Shown here: piece by piece, positions 1-13,068 of the stretch
Layout of the letters: each line of letters opens with the position of its first letter
Position numbering within the stretch: position 1 is the first letter of the stretch
The notes under the pieces: model-generated
The model's input: the letters and a program-made list of their open reading frames with translations, nothing else
What the model was told of the DNA's origin: nothing
The model's database searches: none
Assembly (NCBI RefSeq): GCF_004010195.1
Contig: NC_057720.1
Coordinates: 5,801,086-5,865,085 of the forward strand
Origin: Chiloscyllium plagiosum
Taxonomy: Eukaryota
Direction: 5' to 3'
Length of the DNA: 64,000 nt
Position numbers and translations under genes: made by a program

Positions 1-190
1 GGGATGCTAAATGTCTTCAAGGCAGAGATTGATAAATTCTTGATGTCACAAGGAATTAAGGGCTACGGGGAGAATGCGGGTAAGTGGAGTTGAAATGCCC
101 ATCAGCCATGATTGAATGGCGGAGTGGACTCGATGGGCTGAATGGCCTTACTTCTGTTCCTATGTCTTGTGGTCTTATGGTCTTATGGTC
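1..190 (+). mobile_element. CR1 LINE 3' end with (TCTTATGG)n tail
   Basis: TTCAAGGCAGAGATTGATAAATTC...ATCAGCCATGATTGAATGGCGGAG...GGGCTGAATGGCCT followed by tandem TCTTATGG; the same tail recurs through the window. Confidence 0.85.
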
Positions 191-199
191 CTGTCTCCA

Positions 200-612
200 A
201 GTTGACCATTCAGCCCATCGAGTCTGCTCCGCCATTCAATCATGGCTGATACATTTCTCAACCCCATTCTCCGCTTTCTCTCCAGATTCATTGATCCCCT
301 TGATAATAAAGAACCTATCTATCTCCATCTTAAAATGACCTGGCCTCCACAACCTCTGTGACAATGAATTCCATAGATTCACCACTCATTGGTTGAAGAA
401 ATATCTCCTTATCTCTGTTCTAAAAGATCTTCCCTTTACTCTAAGGCTGTGCCCTCGGGTCAGAGTCTCTTCTACCAATGGAAATATCTTCCCAACATCC
501 ATTCAGTCCAGGCCATTCAGTATTCTGTAAGTTTCACTTAGATTCCTCTTTCATCCTTCTAAACTCCATTGAGTATAGATCCAGAATCCTCAAATGTTCC
601 TCATATGTTCCT
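200..612 (-). mobile_element. CR1 LINE 3' fragment
   Basis: Reverse complement of the CR1 3' end; colinear with 25712-26150. Confidence 0.8.
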
Positions 613-795
613 GAGCTGGAAAACCAACAATGGAGCCATGTGGATATGGCAGAACCCATTGCAAGAGCCATGAGGAGCAGAGACCTGCAATCAGGAGCCA
701 AGCACTACTGACCTCACCACCGCCATTTTGGAAGTGATGAATAATGCCAAAAGTCTGTATTAACAGTGGTAATTCATGGACAGCCTGCCTCTTTA

Positions 796-1631
796 GGAGA
801 AAATGATGACTGCAAATGCTGGAGAGTCAGAATCGAAAAGTGTGACATTGGAAAAATACAGCAGGTCAGGCAGCATCTGAGGAGCAGGAGAATCGATGAT
901 TTGGGCATTAGCCCTTCATCAGGAATATGGAGGGTGGGGAAAGGGGCTGAGAGAGTCAAGGGGATTGGTGGGAAGGAAAATGGACAGATAGTACAGGTCA
1001 AGAGGGTGGTGCCGAGTTGGAGGGTTGGATCTGGGGTGAGGTGGGGAGCGGAGACGAGGAAACTGGTGAAGTCGACATTGATCCCGTGTGGTTGGATGGT
1101 CCCAAGGCAGAAGATGAGGTGTTCTTCCTCCAGTTGTTGGGTGGCTCGGATTTGGCGGTGGAGGAGGCCCAGGACTTGCATGTCCTTGGCGAAACGGAAG
1201 TGGAAGTTGAAGTGGTTGGCCACAGGGCAGTGGGGTTGCTTGGTGCATGTGTCTCAAAGATGTTCCTTGAAACATTCCACTAGCTGGCGTCCTGTCTTCC
1301 AATGTATAGAACACCATATCTCCCCTCCCTCCACCTCATCCCAGATCCAACCCTCCAATTCCGTACCACCCTCTTGACGTGTTCCTACCTGTCCATCTTA
1401 CTTCCCACTTATCCACTGTACCCTCCACACTTGGCTATCATAATCACCCCTCACTTGCACCCACCTATAGCCTTCCTAGCTACCTTCCCCCAGCCCCACC
1501 CCACCCTCCTATTTATCCCTCAGCTCCCTTCTCCCCGCCATTTCTGAGGAAGGGATGATTCCCGAAACATCGATCCTCCTGCTCCTCGGACGCTGCCTGA
1601 CCTGCTGTGCTTTTCTAGTGCCACATTTTTC
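796..1631. mobile_element. Penelope-like element family A, inverted (fold-back) insertion with GIY-YIG C-terminus
   Basis: Minus arm 796-1312 encodes VANHFN...MQVLGLLHRQ...LEEEHLIFCLGTIQPHGINVDF (PLE endonuclease end); plus arm 1318-1631 repeats the 3' UTR; flanks CAGCCTGCCTCTTTA (781-795) and CAGTTTGCCTCTTTA (1632-1646). Confidence 0.85.
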
Positions 1632-2019
1632 CAGTTTGCCTCTTTACATTGTTCCACACCTATGAGGTAGATTCCCCCACATGGTATATGTCCAATTGTT
1701 TCTCTAATTAAAAGGTACATCTGTGGACTATTTCTAATTGTCTTCCCTTACCCTAGATGGTCCATTCCAGCTGGAAATCTGGCCAACTGGTCGAGGTTTA
1801 AGTCACCTCTCTAACATTATCGCCCTTCCTGTTCACTACCGAGTGAATGAAATGTAACTGAGGTGAATGTGGGAAGTTCGCACTCACATTTGGAGGGACA
1901 CTTGTGACCAACTTTCTAACACTTCAATTGTTTCTCAGGAAAGAATCGTGTTTTCCTTTTGAGATCACTCACTTCATCCCCAAGATGGGATGCTCCTTAA
2001 TCAGTGACAACAATCGCTT

Positions 2020-2545
2020 ATCGCTAATTGCCCAGGGGGCAGTTAAGAGTCAACCACATTGCTGTGGGTCTGGAGTCACATGTAGGCCAGACCGAGTAAA
2101 GACGGCAGTTTCCTTCCTTAATAGACATTCATGAACAAGATGGGCTTTTCTGGCAATCAACAATGGATTCATGGTCATCATTCGACTCTTAATCCCAGAT
2201 TTCTTTATTGAATTCAAATTCCATCATCTGCCCTGGCACAATTTGAACCCATGTCCCTGAACATTACCTGGTTCTCTGAATTAACAGTTCAGCAATAATG
2301 CCATTGCAGTGGGTCTGGAGTGACATGTAGACCCTGTAAGGATGAGAAATTTCCTTCCCTCCAGGGAATTAGTAAACCAGATGGGTTTCTTTTGTCACCA
2401 ATGGCCAACAATGTATGGTGCATACCATTAGGCCAGCTCTCTAATCCAAGATTTTACTTGAATTCAAATTTCACTATCTGCCATGGTTAAATTTGAACCC
2501 ATGGCCCCAGAATATTAGACTGGTCCAGTGGTATTAACACTTTGC
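2020..2545 (-). mobile_element. Two adjacent degraded copies of a SINE with a Zenon-like LINE tail
   Basis: GGGCAGTTAAGAGTCAACCACATTGCTGTGGGTCTGGAGTCACATGTAGGCCAG...GAATTCAAATTCC occurs twice; same family as 60146-61662. Confidence 0.65.
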
Positions 2546-2653
2546 CTCCAAATGTATGAAAGCCTTTCTGGTTTTCTCCATAAATCTCTTGTGAGTTTTT
2601 GTTTTGAATCCCTAGATGGGATGTTGGTGAGGCTAACAATGTCAATATTTATT

Positions 2654-2965
2654 GTGACACAGTGGCTCAGTGGTCAGCACTGCTCCCTCACCGCACCAGG
2701 GACCTGGGTTAGATTGAAGCCTCAGGCGACTGTCTGTGTGCAGTTTGCATGTTCTCTCCATGTCTGTGTGGGTTTCCTCCGGGTGCTCCAGTTTCCTCCC
2801 ATAGTTCAAAGATGTGCAGGTCGGGTGAATTGGCCATGCACAGTGTCAGGTGCACTAGCCAGGGGTAAACGTAAGGGAATGGGTCTGGGTGGGTTTGTCT
2901 TCGGAGGGTTGGTGTGGACTTGTTGGGCTGAATGGCCTGTTTCCACATTGTAGGGAATCTAATCT
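2654..2965 (+). mobile_element. HE1-type tRNA-derived V-SINE
   Basis: A-box-like TGGCTCAGTGG, central TGTGTGGAGTTTGCA...GGGTTTCCTCCGGGTGCTCC, CR1-like tail GGCCTGTTTCCACA...AATCT. Confidence 0.9.
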
Positions 2966-4014
2966 TATGTCTATCCCTAAATGCTCCTGAAAAGGTAACC
3001 GTGAGCTGCCTTATGGAAAACAATTGGATGGTTTGCGAAGCCATTTCAAAGGTCATTTGAAGCACATCACTGTGCATCTGAAGTCAGATGTAGTTCAGAT
3101 CAAATAAGATAGCAAATTAGAGAGCAAGATAGATTCCTATGCCATCTGATATATTAATGGTTACCATGACTGAGACTGGATTTTTATCCCGGGCTTCATT
3201 TAATTATTTTAATTTGAATTCTCCTATTGCCATGGTGAGAATTGAACTTAACATGTTTTTTTAAGAAAACCATCATTGATTGATATGTAGGCATCAGTAG
3301 CAAGGTCAGCTTTCATCATCTATGCTTAGAAGGAGGGCATTCTAGGACTTTGACCTAGAGACCATGACGGAATGGTGATATTATGCCAAGTCAGGGGGTG
3401 AGTGATTTGGAGAGGTGAGTCAAAGTCTCACATGAAAGTATTGCATCCCCTTGTTCCACTATTGTTGTAGACCACAGTTTCTCTTCTCTTTGCAATCAGG
3501 AATTAGGAATGAAGGGCTAATGCCCGAAATGTCGATTCTCCCGCTCCTCGGATGCTGCCTGACTTGCATTACTTTTCCAGCACCACACTCTTGACATAAG
3601 ACTTAAGAGGTCCGTTCAGGACCCTAATAATAGTAGAGAAGAAACTGTTTTTCACGGCTGGTGAGACTGTAACCTCAGATCCACTCTCTTGCCTCCCCCT
3701 TTGTTTAACAATAATCTATTTATCTCTGCCTTACATTGTTACCTTCATCTTCTCCAGAACAGAATGTCACAATTTCCCAATGTCAAAGGAAATATTTTGC
3801 CCCATCTCTGTTTAAATGGCGGCCCCTGGTTTGTAAACAGTGACACCTAATTTTAGGTTCTCTGACAAAAGCAAACATCCTTTCCACATCCATTCTGTCA
3901 AGATCCCTCAGGACTTTGCTTCAATCAAGCTACCTCTGATCATTCTTCTAAGCTTTAGACGATACATGCTGAGTTTGTCTAACCGTTCAATGTAAGGCAA
4001 CAGCCCCCATAATT

Positions 4015-4425
4015 CTGAAAACCAAAAAAGCTAGGAAATCACAGCAGGTCAGGCAGCATCCATGAAGAGAGAGTAAACTAACGTTTCGAGTCTAGATGTC
4101 TCTTCATCAGAGCTGAAGTGAAGTGTGGAGGGGGCAGTATTTATACAACAATGGTCAGGGGTTGTGGAGCGCTGGGAAAGAAAGGCTGTTGATAGTTCAG
4201 ATTAAATGATTGAAATATGAGAATGGCAGAACAATGGTGTGTCTAACTGACAGACTGGAAAGAACAGATAGTCTCACTGGGGTGGGGGAGAGGACAGAGA
4301 GTATGGTGACAGAGAATGTAATAAGTAAAGCTAAAAGAAAGGGAAGGAATGGATTCATAAACTGAAGGTGTTGAACTCAATATTGAGCCCAGAAGGTTTT
4401 AAATTCCATAGATTAGACGAATGAG
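4015..4425 (-). mobile_element. Penelope-like 3' fragment (family A-related) inside an old CR1
   Basis: Minus strand reads ...PSGLNIEFNTF, then UTR and hammerhead-like CTGATGAAGAGACATCTAGACTCGAAACGTTAG (4078-4113). Confidence 0.7.
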
Positions 4426-5763
4426 CCATCTCTGAACTACCTTTGATAGATTTACATCCTCATCTATACAAAAAGAGAACCTTCTGAACTATCAATTTGA
4501 CTCTTATGTAGCAGCCCTTAAGTAAGTAACTCATTAGGAGTTCAATGTAGTTCTTAGAGCTTAAGGGATCAAAGGATATGGAGAGAGAGCAGGATCAGGG
4601 GACTGAATTGGATGATCAGCCAGGGTCATATTGAATGGCAGAGACCTGAATGGTTTATTCCTATTTATTATATATTACTAACTTGCTGTCTGCTCACTGC
4701 TTTATTTGTCTTGGAAAACGTGCTCTCTCCCCAAGTACAATTTGTTTCGATGGCTCTCTTTCTGAGATGTAAATTTTAATCTACTGCAGAGATTGCTTAT
4801 GCAACTGAATGGGCCAGTGTTGCTGTATATCCCTGGATGAATACATGAATAGGAAGGGAATAGAGGATACGGATCCTGTAAGTGAAAACAATTTACAATG
4901 GAAGGGCAAAATGTGCCGGCACAGGCTTTGAGGGCCGAAGGGCCTGTTCTTTGTTCTTTCTTTGATCTAGCCCGGGTCTGTTCTTGTATTTTGGGCTGGA
5001 CAATGCTTTGGAGATTGAGGCTAATACTACTCCCTACCCCAGTCCATTGCTTACAAACCTCAAGCCATCTTTGCAAACCATATTGCCTGCTGCTTCCACA
5101 GCTAGGATTTTCTCTTCTAGACTGGGAATTGGGATTGATGTTATCAACTTGGATCATTGATGATGCATGTGTCTTTTCTGCAAGGGAACTGTGTATATGA
5201 AGTTTCAGACCTGACCCCAGTCTGTCCAACACATGATTTAGAATCTAGGCCATTACTTGCGATATGAGAAAATAACTAATAGGGTATTTACATCCTCCCA
5301 CAGGATAAAACCAGGAATCACTGAAGTAGTAATTTTTAATTGATCGAGCTAGTGTAGAAGTGGCACTTGTCAGCTAATGAGGTCTGCCAGTCTCAGCAGG
5401 GTAACAATTGCACTCAATTAATATTTGGAAAAACCTCTGGATGGATGGTCTTAATGAGCTGCATATCCTTTGTGGCTTGGAGACTGATGCTTACAAAAAA
5501 ATGTAAGAAATTTAGCGACAGAAAAATGACCGTTTGACCCAGACCTTTTACAGAGATCAAACCCATGTGTTCACCGTCAGATAGGCAGACCTTAATTTAC
5601 ATAGCCCCATTGCACAATTTCGGGACATTTTAAAGCAGCTTACAAGTAATGTTTTAAGTTTGGTCAGCACTCCAATGTGGAAGACCTACAGTCATGCTGT
5701 GTGATGTAACTTTAGTTCTTCATCTCTCTATTCTGTAGCTACAGATTGTACCTAGGCACTTAA

Positions 5764-6016
5764 GATAGCATGGTGGCTCAGTGGTTAGCACTGCAGCCTC
5801 ACAGTCCCAGGTTCAATTCCAGCCTTGGGTCACTGTCTGTGTGGTGTTTGCACATTCTCCTGTGTCTTTGTGGGTTTCCTCCTGCAGTCCAAAGGTGTGC
5901 AGGTCAGGTGAGTTGGCCATGTTAAATTGCCCATAGTGCTAGGTGCATTAGTCAGAGGGAAATAGGACTGGTTGGGCCAAAGGCCTGTTTCCACACTGTG
6001 GGGGATGTAATCTAAA
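5764..6016 (+). mobile_element. HE1-type SINE (internally deleted)
   Basis: Same head, core and tail as other copies. Confidence 0.85.
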
Positions 6017-7869
6017 CCTAAGATGGTGCTGTAAGTGGTGAACTTTTCACTGTACTCATTTGAGTGCATGTGACAATAAAGCTAATTCAATTCAATAGCC
6101 ATTTATAAGGAAAAGTTGTTTGTGGTAAAAGGGATTTTTTTGCACAGGATAATTACGAACTAATTGCATTGCAGTTACACCCAAAACATTGACTTCTCCA
6201 CCTCCTGATGCTGCCTGGCTTCCAGCCTCCTGCCTGCTTGGATTCCAGCGTCTGCAGTGCTTTTGTCTCTAGTTACATGCAGTCCAGGCAATCATGACAG
6301 ACTTCCCACCTGAAAAGACATTAGGGAACCAGATGGGTTTTTAAAACAATGGCAACATTAGACAAGCTTTTAATTCCACTCATAGTAGGATTTGAACCCA
6401 TTTCCTCAGAACATTAATCTGCGTCTCTAAATTAATTACCCAGTGACATTAACACTACACCTTGCCTTCCAAACAGTAAGGTCCAGTTGGCTTAAGTGCT
6501 CAATGTGAGTCTGAAATGAGACTTGACCTTTTAAATCAGAAAGGGCCAGTGCTAGTCAGTTAATATTAGAATAATCGATCTTTGAAAACAAATTTCAGTG
6601 TGTCCCAAATCCAATTATAATGATTGTATCACTAGCCTTCCTTGATCAATAATTTGTCGATTCCAATTTGTCAGATGACAACAATAGAGGGACAAATTTT
6701 CCTGGGTTAGCTCCTTTGCTAATTTTGAAAGTTTTAGTTTGGTCATGTCAAGTTCCCCAAGGATAAAACAATAATTGATCTTCAGTACAATCTTCATAAT
6801 GCCTAATACATTATGTCATCTTTGCATCTTGCTACTGTACCTATGGGGTGGGCAATGCTGACCTTGATAAAAATTCCGCTCTCGTTGGTTGGAATTCAAA
6901 ATAGCCCATTTATATATCAAATTACCAGAAATACACCCAGGGCTCCATCTCAGGTCAGAGACACAGTTTGCACAATCCTGTGACCCAGAGGGATTTTAAT
7001 GTTTTAATAAAGTAAGTCAAAGGTTACAGTAGACAGGCAGGAAAGTGGACTAGGGCCACAATTAGGTCAATCATGATCTTGTGGAATAGCTGAGCAAGTT
7101 TGAGTCAGTTACTCCGTCCCCTAGTTTATTTTATATTATGATAATGCTATTACTCATTCATGATACAGTTGTGGGGCTAGCCTGAGCTCTGTAGCTGTGC
7201 TCACACTTGATGAAAGGTCCCCACCTGAAACATTGACTCCCCTCCTTCTCTGATGCTGCTTAACCTGCTGTGCTTTTTCCAGCTCCACTCTTTATTAAAT
7301 CATACTTGAGTGAACAGGTTATAAGTTCAAACCCACTCCAGAAACGTGAACCCTTTCCGTGCAGTTCGGTGTGTTGTATATTTTATATTTCAGAGACAAC
7401 AAAGTGTGTAGCATGTTTTATTTAAAGTGCTTTACAATGTCTGCTTGATGTGTTCAGCTCTTTCTGTTGACTTTTGTCTTGCTCCACTCCCAAGTTTAAC
7501 GAACCAAGCACAGTGAGCAACAACAGTAGGCAGACTCACATTCACATAGTCTAACACAGAATGATTGAATATTAACTGTCAGAGGTGCTGCCTTGCTGAT
7601 GAGTCTTTATACCAAAGACTCATCTGCTCCTGCTGTCACATAACTAGACAGATCTCCCAAGATATCTGTAAAAAGAACAGAGCTTTTCCCTTAATAAAAA
7701 CTGAAATAACTGAGGATACTGTAAAACGGAAACAAAAGCAGAAATTGCTAGAAAAACTCAGCAAGGCTAGCAACATCTATGGAGAGAAATCAGAGTTAAT
7801 GTTTCGGGTCCAGTGTCCTTTCTTCAGCACTGAAGAACAAAGCACTTCTCTTGATCTCCTCTTTAATTA

Positions 7870-8042
7870 GCAATGTTGAAGAATAGACTATCCAGTTGTT
7901 AATCACGTGACTTTTTGTGTGACCTAACTCTGTGCACATTGGCTATTGTGTTCTTCTGTATTACAGCAGTCACTACATACTTCAGTGGCTGTAAGAAGTG
8001 CTTTGGGACTTTTTACTGTTCTGAAACTTGCTATTTAAATGG
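7870..8042 (+). mobile_element. Old Deu-domain (SacSINE/AmnSINE-like) SINE 3' part
   Basis: Degenerate match to CTGTGCACATTGGCT...ATTACAGCAGTCACTACA...GGCTGTAA..GCTTTGGGAC...GCTATTTAAATG; related relics near 25340-25570, 28585-28690 and 59000-59320. Confidence 0.5.
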
Positions 8043-8999
8043 CTATGTCAGTCATGCTGTCAATCTCAGGAACTTCACAATGCTACAGTAGGACGGTGAA
8101 GAAGAAACCCATATAAAATGGTGATTTGATTGAGGCTCCATGGAGAGATTGGTCCTATTCATAAAAAAATGATAAAACCCTAGTTATTTCACTCACGAGG
8201 ACCATCTATATAGCTTGCAAACTATATAACTCATAACAATAAAATTCAGCATTCACTGCCTAACAGGGAATATACAACCTGTAAACTATGCTTATCTCCT
8301 ATGCTGGCAGCTACAAATCATTATTCATAATTAATTTCATCCAGATTCCTCAAGTGCCAAGCCCCTTCTATGGTCAAGTACAGCAGCAACGCACATACAT
8401 ATAATGCGATTTCTGCATAATGCCTGTACGTTTCACAACAAAGGATTTGTTTGTACTGGGCCTGCATTTGTTCCTGGTGCCTGGCAGAGGCGAGGTGAGT
8501 TGAGAAGAATATCCAGAATTACCTCAGCCACAAGCGAGATTAGGGTTAAAATCCCCATTCAAGCGTAGGAACTTAATATAGTTTGTCAAACTTTTTCGAT
8601 GCATTACAACAGACTTCAGGTGAGACTTGGATCTGAACCTAAGGAGATGCTCCAGTTGCTGGATGAGCTGTGTTAAGTTCAATGTTAAAGTCATTCCTGC
8701 TTTTGCTTCAAGTCTGGTAATGTATAAAAATCTTGAGGAGTAACCCAGACAAGGCTGGAGTGGACTTTCTGGGGTCAATGCTTCTCCGTCTGACCAATTC
8801 ATCTCAACTGATGATTGGCGATATATAGGAAATGCCAAAGAAAAACTCAGCAGGTTTGGCAGCATCCGATTGGAGAGAAACAAAAGACTGCTGGAGAAAC
8901 TGGATCTGAAACGTTAACCTGCTTTCTCTCCACAGATGCTGCCAGGGCAAATTTTCCAATAATTTCTGCTTTCGTTTCTGATTTCCAGCATCTGAAATT

Positions 9000-9331
9000 A
9001 GAATCATAGAATTGTACAGTGTGGAGGCAGGCCTTTTAGCCAACTGAGTTCACACTGACCCTCCAAAGAGTAACCCACCTAGACCCCCCCATTGCTGTAA
9101 CCCTGCATTTCCCATAGCTAATCCACCTAACTTGCACATCTCTGAACACCATAGGCAATTTAACATGGTCAGTCCAGCTAACTATGGATGGACTATGGGA
9201 GGAAACTGGAGCACCCAGAGGGGACCCACTTAAACACAGGGAGAACGTACAAACTCCACACAGTACCCCGAGGGTGGATTGAATCCAGGTCCCTGGCCTG
9301 TGAGGCAGCAGTGCTAACCACTGAGCCACCC
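9000..9331 (-). mobile_element. HE1-type SINE
   Basis: Reverse complement of HE1 head, core and tail. Confidence 0.85.
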
Positions 9332-9454
9332 AAACCACTCTTTTGAGTCTTTTTGTTCCACGTGGTGAGAAACTGAGTTAATGTTGTGAGTTTGGTATGA
9401 CTCATCTTCGAACCTGATAATGTTGTTTGAGGAGAAAATATCTTCTGCCTTTCT

Positions 9455-10365
9455 TGTTTTTGTTGATCAGTGCATTGAGTACAGGAGTTGGGAGGCTATG
9501 TTATGGCTGTACAGGACTTTAGTTAGGCCATTTTTGGAATACTGCATGCAATTCTGTTCTCCTTCCTATTGGAAGGATGTTATGAAACTTGAAAGGATTC
9601 ATAAGAATGTTGCCAGGGTTGGATGGTTTGAGCTACAGGGAGAGGCTGAATAGGCTGGGGCTGTTTTCCCTGGATACTCTGGAGTGACCTTATAGAGGTT
9701 TATAAAATTATGAGGAACATAAATAGGGTAAATAGACAAGGTCTTTTTCCCAGGGTGAGGAAGTTGAAAACTGGAGGGCATAAGTGAGAGGTGAAAGATT
9801 TAGAAGGGATCTAAAGGACAACATTTTCATTCAGAAGATGGTGTGTGTATGGAATGAGCTGCCAGAAAAAAGGTGGAGTTTGGGACAATAAACTTGTGGG
9901 TGGCACAGTGGCTGGCACTGCTGCCTCACAGCGCCAGAGACCCAGGTTCAATTCCCGCCTCAGGCGACTGACTGTGTGGAGTTTGCACATTCTCCCCGTG
10001 TCTGCGTGGGTTTCCTCCGGGTGCTCCGGTTTCCTCCCACAGTCCAAAGATGTGCAGGTCAGGTGAATTGGCCATGCTAAATTGCCTGTAGTGTTAGGTA
10101 AGGGGTAAATGTAAGGGTATGGGTGGGTTGCGCAAGGCGGGTCGGTGTGGACTTGTTGGGCCGAAGGGCCTGTTTCCACACTGTAATGTAATCTAAAAAA
10201 AACCAACATTTAAAAGGCATCTGGATGGGTATATGAATAGGAAGGGTTTAGGGAGATGTGGGCCAATTGGTGGCGAATGGGACTAGATTAGGTTGGGATA
10301 TCTGGTTGGTAAGGACGAGTTGGACCGAATGGTCTGTTTCTGTGCTGTACGTTTCTATGACTCTA
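9455..10365 (+). mobile_element. CR1 (HER1-like) 3' portion interrupted by HE1
   Basis: Translates to IEYRSWEAMLWLYRTLVRPFLEYCMQF; tail CTATGACTCT. Confidence 0.9.
9898..10195 (+). mobile_element. Young HE1-type SINE nested in CR1
   Basis: Near-consensus copy, CpGs retained; CR1 resumes at CAACATTTAAAAGG. Confidence 0.92.
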
Positions 10366-11492
10366 AGTAATAATATGACAATAGGAACAGCGATGTAGCT
10401 GCTGTAGAATGAAGGTAAATTTATGCTTGCTCATCGCTGCAAGGTTTAAAAGAATACAGTTTCAAATTCTGTGTAACAATGCACCTTGTCCCCTTCAGGA
10501 TTTTCAATGTCTTTGTCTAATCCTGAGGGAAGCTTCCTGATTGACCTGTAGAATCTCCACTGCTTCATCGGTGCAGTTGTCAAACAGGTAGCTCTTGTGA
10601 CTACCACCCAAGGGAAAGGCTAGATCTGTGACAGCTTAGACCTGTCCTTGCATTGTCAAAAATTGTGCATAGCTACCGCATCCTTAACAAAGACAGAACT
10701 ATGCAAAGGAAGCCATCACACATGAACAGAATGTGGGGAAATCAATTTTTTCTGAAGAAGCATTGTAAATTGCATTTTAAATCCAAGTGATTTAACATCA
10801 GGGATATGCTGAAGGACTTATATGTTTTAATTGTTAGAGGCGCTTTGGGAATGCAGTATTAAGTATATTTTCTATTTTAAAATAAACTTCAAATAAACTG
10901 GCGATAACACTACTCAGGCATGTATTGGCAGATTTAATCATCAGCTTTGAAAGTGGCGATTATATTTCAGTGATAGAAGCAGACACAGGAGATATCCAGG
11001 CAGCTTGTGAGAAAATTAATTTGAGAATCTTATGGAAGATCAGCTATTTATACCAAATTCCTTGGGATATATAGGAATTACAAAGCAAGAAATTCAAATG
11101 TTGAGAATCACCTTCATAAGCAAACACAATGCAGTGTGGAGAAAGATGGAATCTCTGTTGTGGCCTGTAAAACCTAAAGCTGTTACAAAGTACATTACTC
11201 AAAGTGAATTACTTGTGAACTGTTCTTTTGCTGGTAAACACAGCAGCCAGTCTGTGCCCCACTAGATTCTACAGACAGGAAACGAGTCACCTGCTTTCAA
11301 ACTGACTTAGATGGGGAAATAGGGAATAAAGGGGGCAAGTGGAATTGAGGATGATTAGATCAGCCATGATCTCATTGAATGGTGGAGCAGACTCCATGGG
11401 CCAAATGACCTACTTCTGTCCCTACATCTTAAGCTCTTACGGTATTGGTTGCTGGGGTGATGTCTGCTTGGATGTGAGGAGAACCTTTTTTT

Positions 11493-11802
11493 TAGATTCC
11501 CTACATGTGGAAACAGGCCATATGGCCCAACAAGTCCACACCGACCCTCCAGCGAGTAACCCACCCAGACCCATTTCCCTCTAACTAATGCACCTAACAC
11601 TATGTAGCAATTTAGCATGGCCAATTCACCTAACCTGCACATCCTTGGATTGTGGGAGGAAACCGGAGCACTCGGAGGAAACCCACGCAGACAAGGGGAG
11701 AATGTGCAAACTCCACACAGTCAGTCGCACGAGGCTGGAATCGAATCTGGGTTCCTGGCGCTGTGAGGCAGCAGTGCTAACCACTGAGCCACCATGCCAC
11801 CC
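11493..11802 (-). mobile_element. HE1-type SINE
   Basis: Reverse complement HE1, flanked by CR1 3' fragments (about 11290-11445 and 11805-12040). Confidence 0.9.
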
Positions 11803-12751
11803 TGAACTTTCTTTACCTAGAGAGTGGGGAGCGTGTGGAATTCTCTGCCACAGAAAGCAGTTGAGACGAAAACATTGATTGCTTTTCAAGAAGGAGCTAG
11901 GTCGATGGGGATCAACTGGTATGGGAAAAAACAGGAAACAGGGGACTGAGTTGGATGATCAGCCATGATTGTATTGAATGATGGAGCAGGCTGGAAGGGC
12001 TGAATGGCCTATTCCTGCCCCTATTTTCTATGTTTCTATTGGTAAAGGTTTCATTTCTGTTTAGTTCCATGGAATATCTTATCTGCTGTTTACAAGAGGG
12101 ATCAGGTTAAAATTTTAACAAAAAGTTACGTTGAGTTGAAGCCATGAGCTCCCTCCACCCCACAGAATGTCACTTTTCATTCCCAGCCTCCAGCAATCAC
12201 TGCTCAATGCTCACAGTCCTTTCTCTCTCCAACATCAACTTCCTTTCAATAATAAAAATGAAGCCTCAATTTGGCAACATCTAATTGTTGCTTCCGGTCA
12301 AAATTCAAGCCGAAATTAGCTCGACATTTTAGTTACTCAATAAGCATTAAAGAATTTATGCGAGACAGTATGTCGTGAATTATTCCATGGGATTCCAGTT
12401 TCCAAGAACTTAATTCATTAGCCTTGACTTCCTCTCTCTATTCTTTTAGTGGTGATATCTACCTACTTACTTTAAACAGATTAAACCATCATGAAAATAG
12501 GGAGAAAGTAATTACAGACTACAGGCATTAACCATTTATACTCTGATATTCCTGTAGTATAACAAATTAAAATAAGCTGGTAGTAACATCATCATGCTTA
12601 CTGGTAGATTTAATTAGGCACACTGAATGAAGATATTATGTTTATGTTGTTAGTTTTAATAATTACTATTAAGTAATTAATATAAATAATAGTGTTTTAT
12701 AAAAACAGGAATAGGCCATTCAGCCCTTCAAGCCTGCGCCACCATTCAATG

Positions 12752-13068
12752 GAGCTAGGGCTTTTCTCATTGGAGTGAAGAAGGATGAGAGGTGACTTGG
12801 TAGAGGTGTACAAGATGTTGAGAGGCATAGACAGAGTGGTAGCCAGACTTTTTCCCAGGACGAAAATGGCTTTCACGAGGGGGATAATTTTAAGGTGATT
12901 GGAGGAAGGTTCGGGGAGATGTCAGAGGGAGATTCTTTACACAGAGAGTGCTGGGTGTGTGGAATGCACTGCCAACAGTGATAGTAGAGTCAGAGACATT
13001 AGGGACATTTAAGCGACTCTTGAATAGGCATATGGAAGATAGTACAATGAAGGTATGTAGGTTAGTCA
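12752..13068 (+). mobile_element. CR1 3' fragment inserted into a minus-strand CR1 tail
   Basis: [21 protein letters not shown]...; host tail resumes at ATGGCTTATCATCC. Confidence 0.8.

Noticed and set aside
9898..9975. tRNA genes at HE1 heads
   Set aside because: A and B boxes are present, but they continue into the SINE core and tail; they are SINE heads, not tRNAs.
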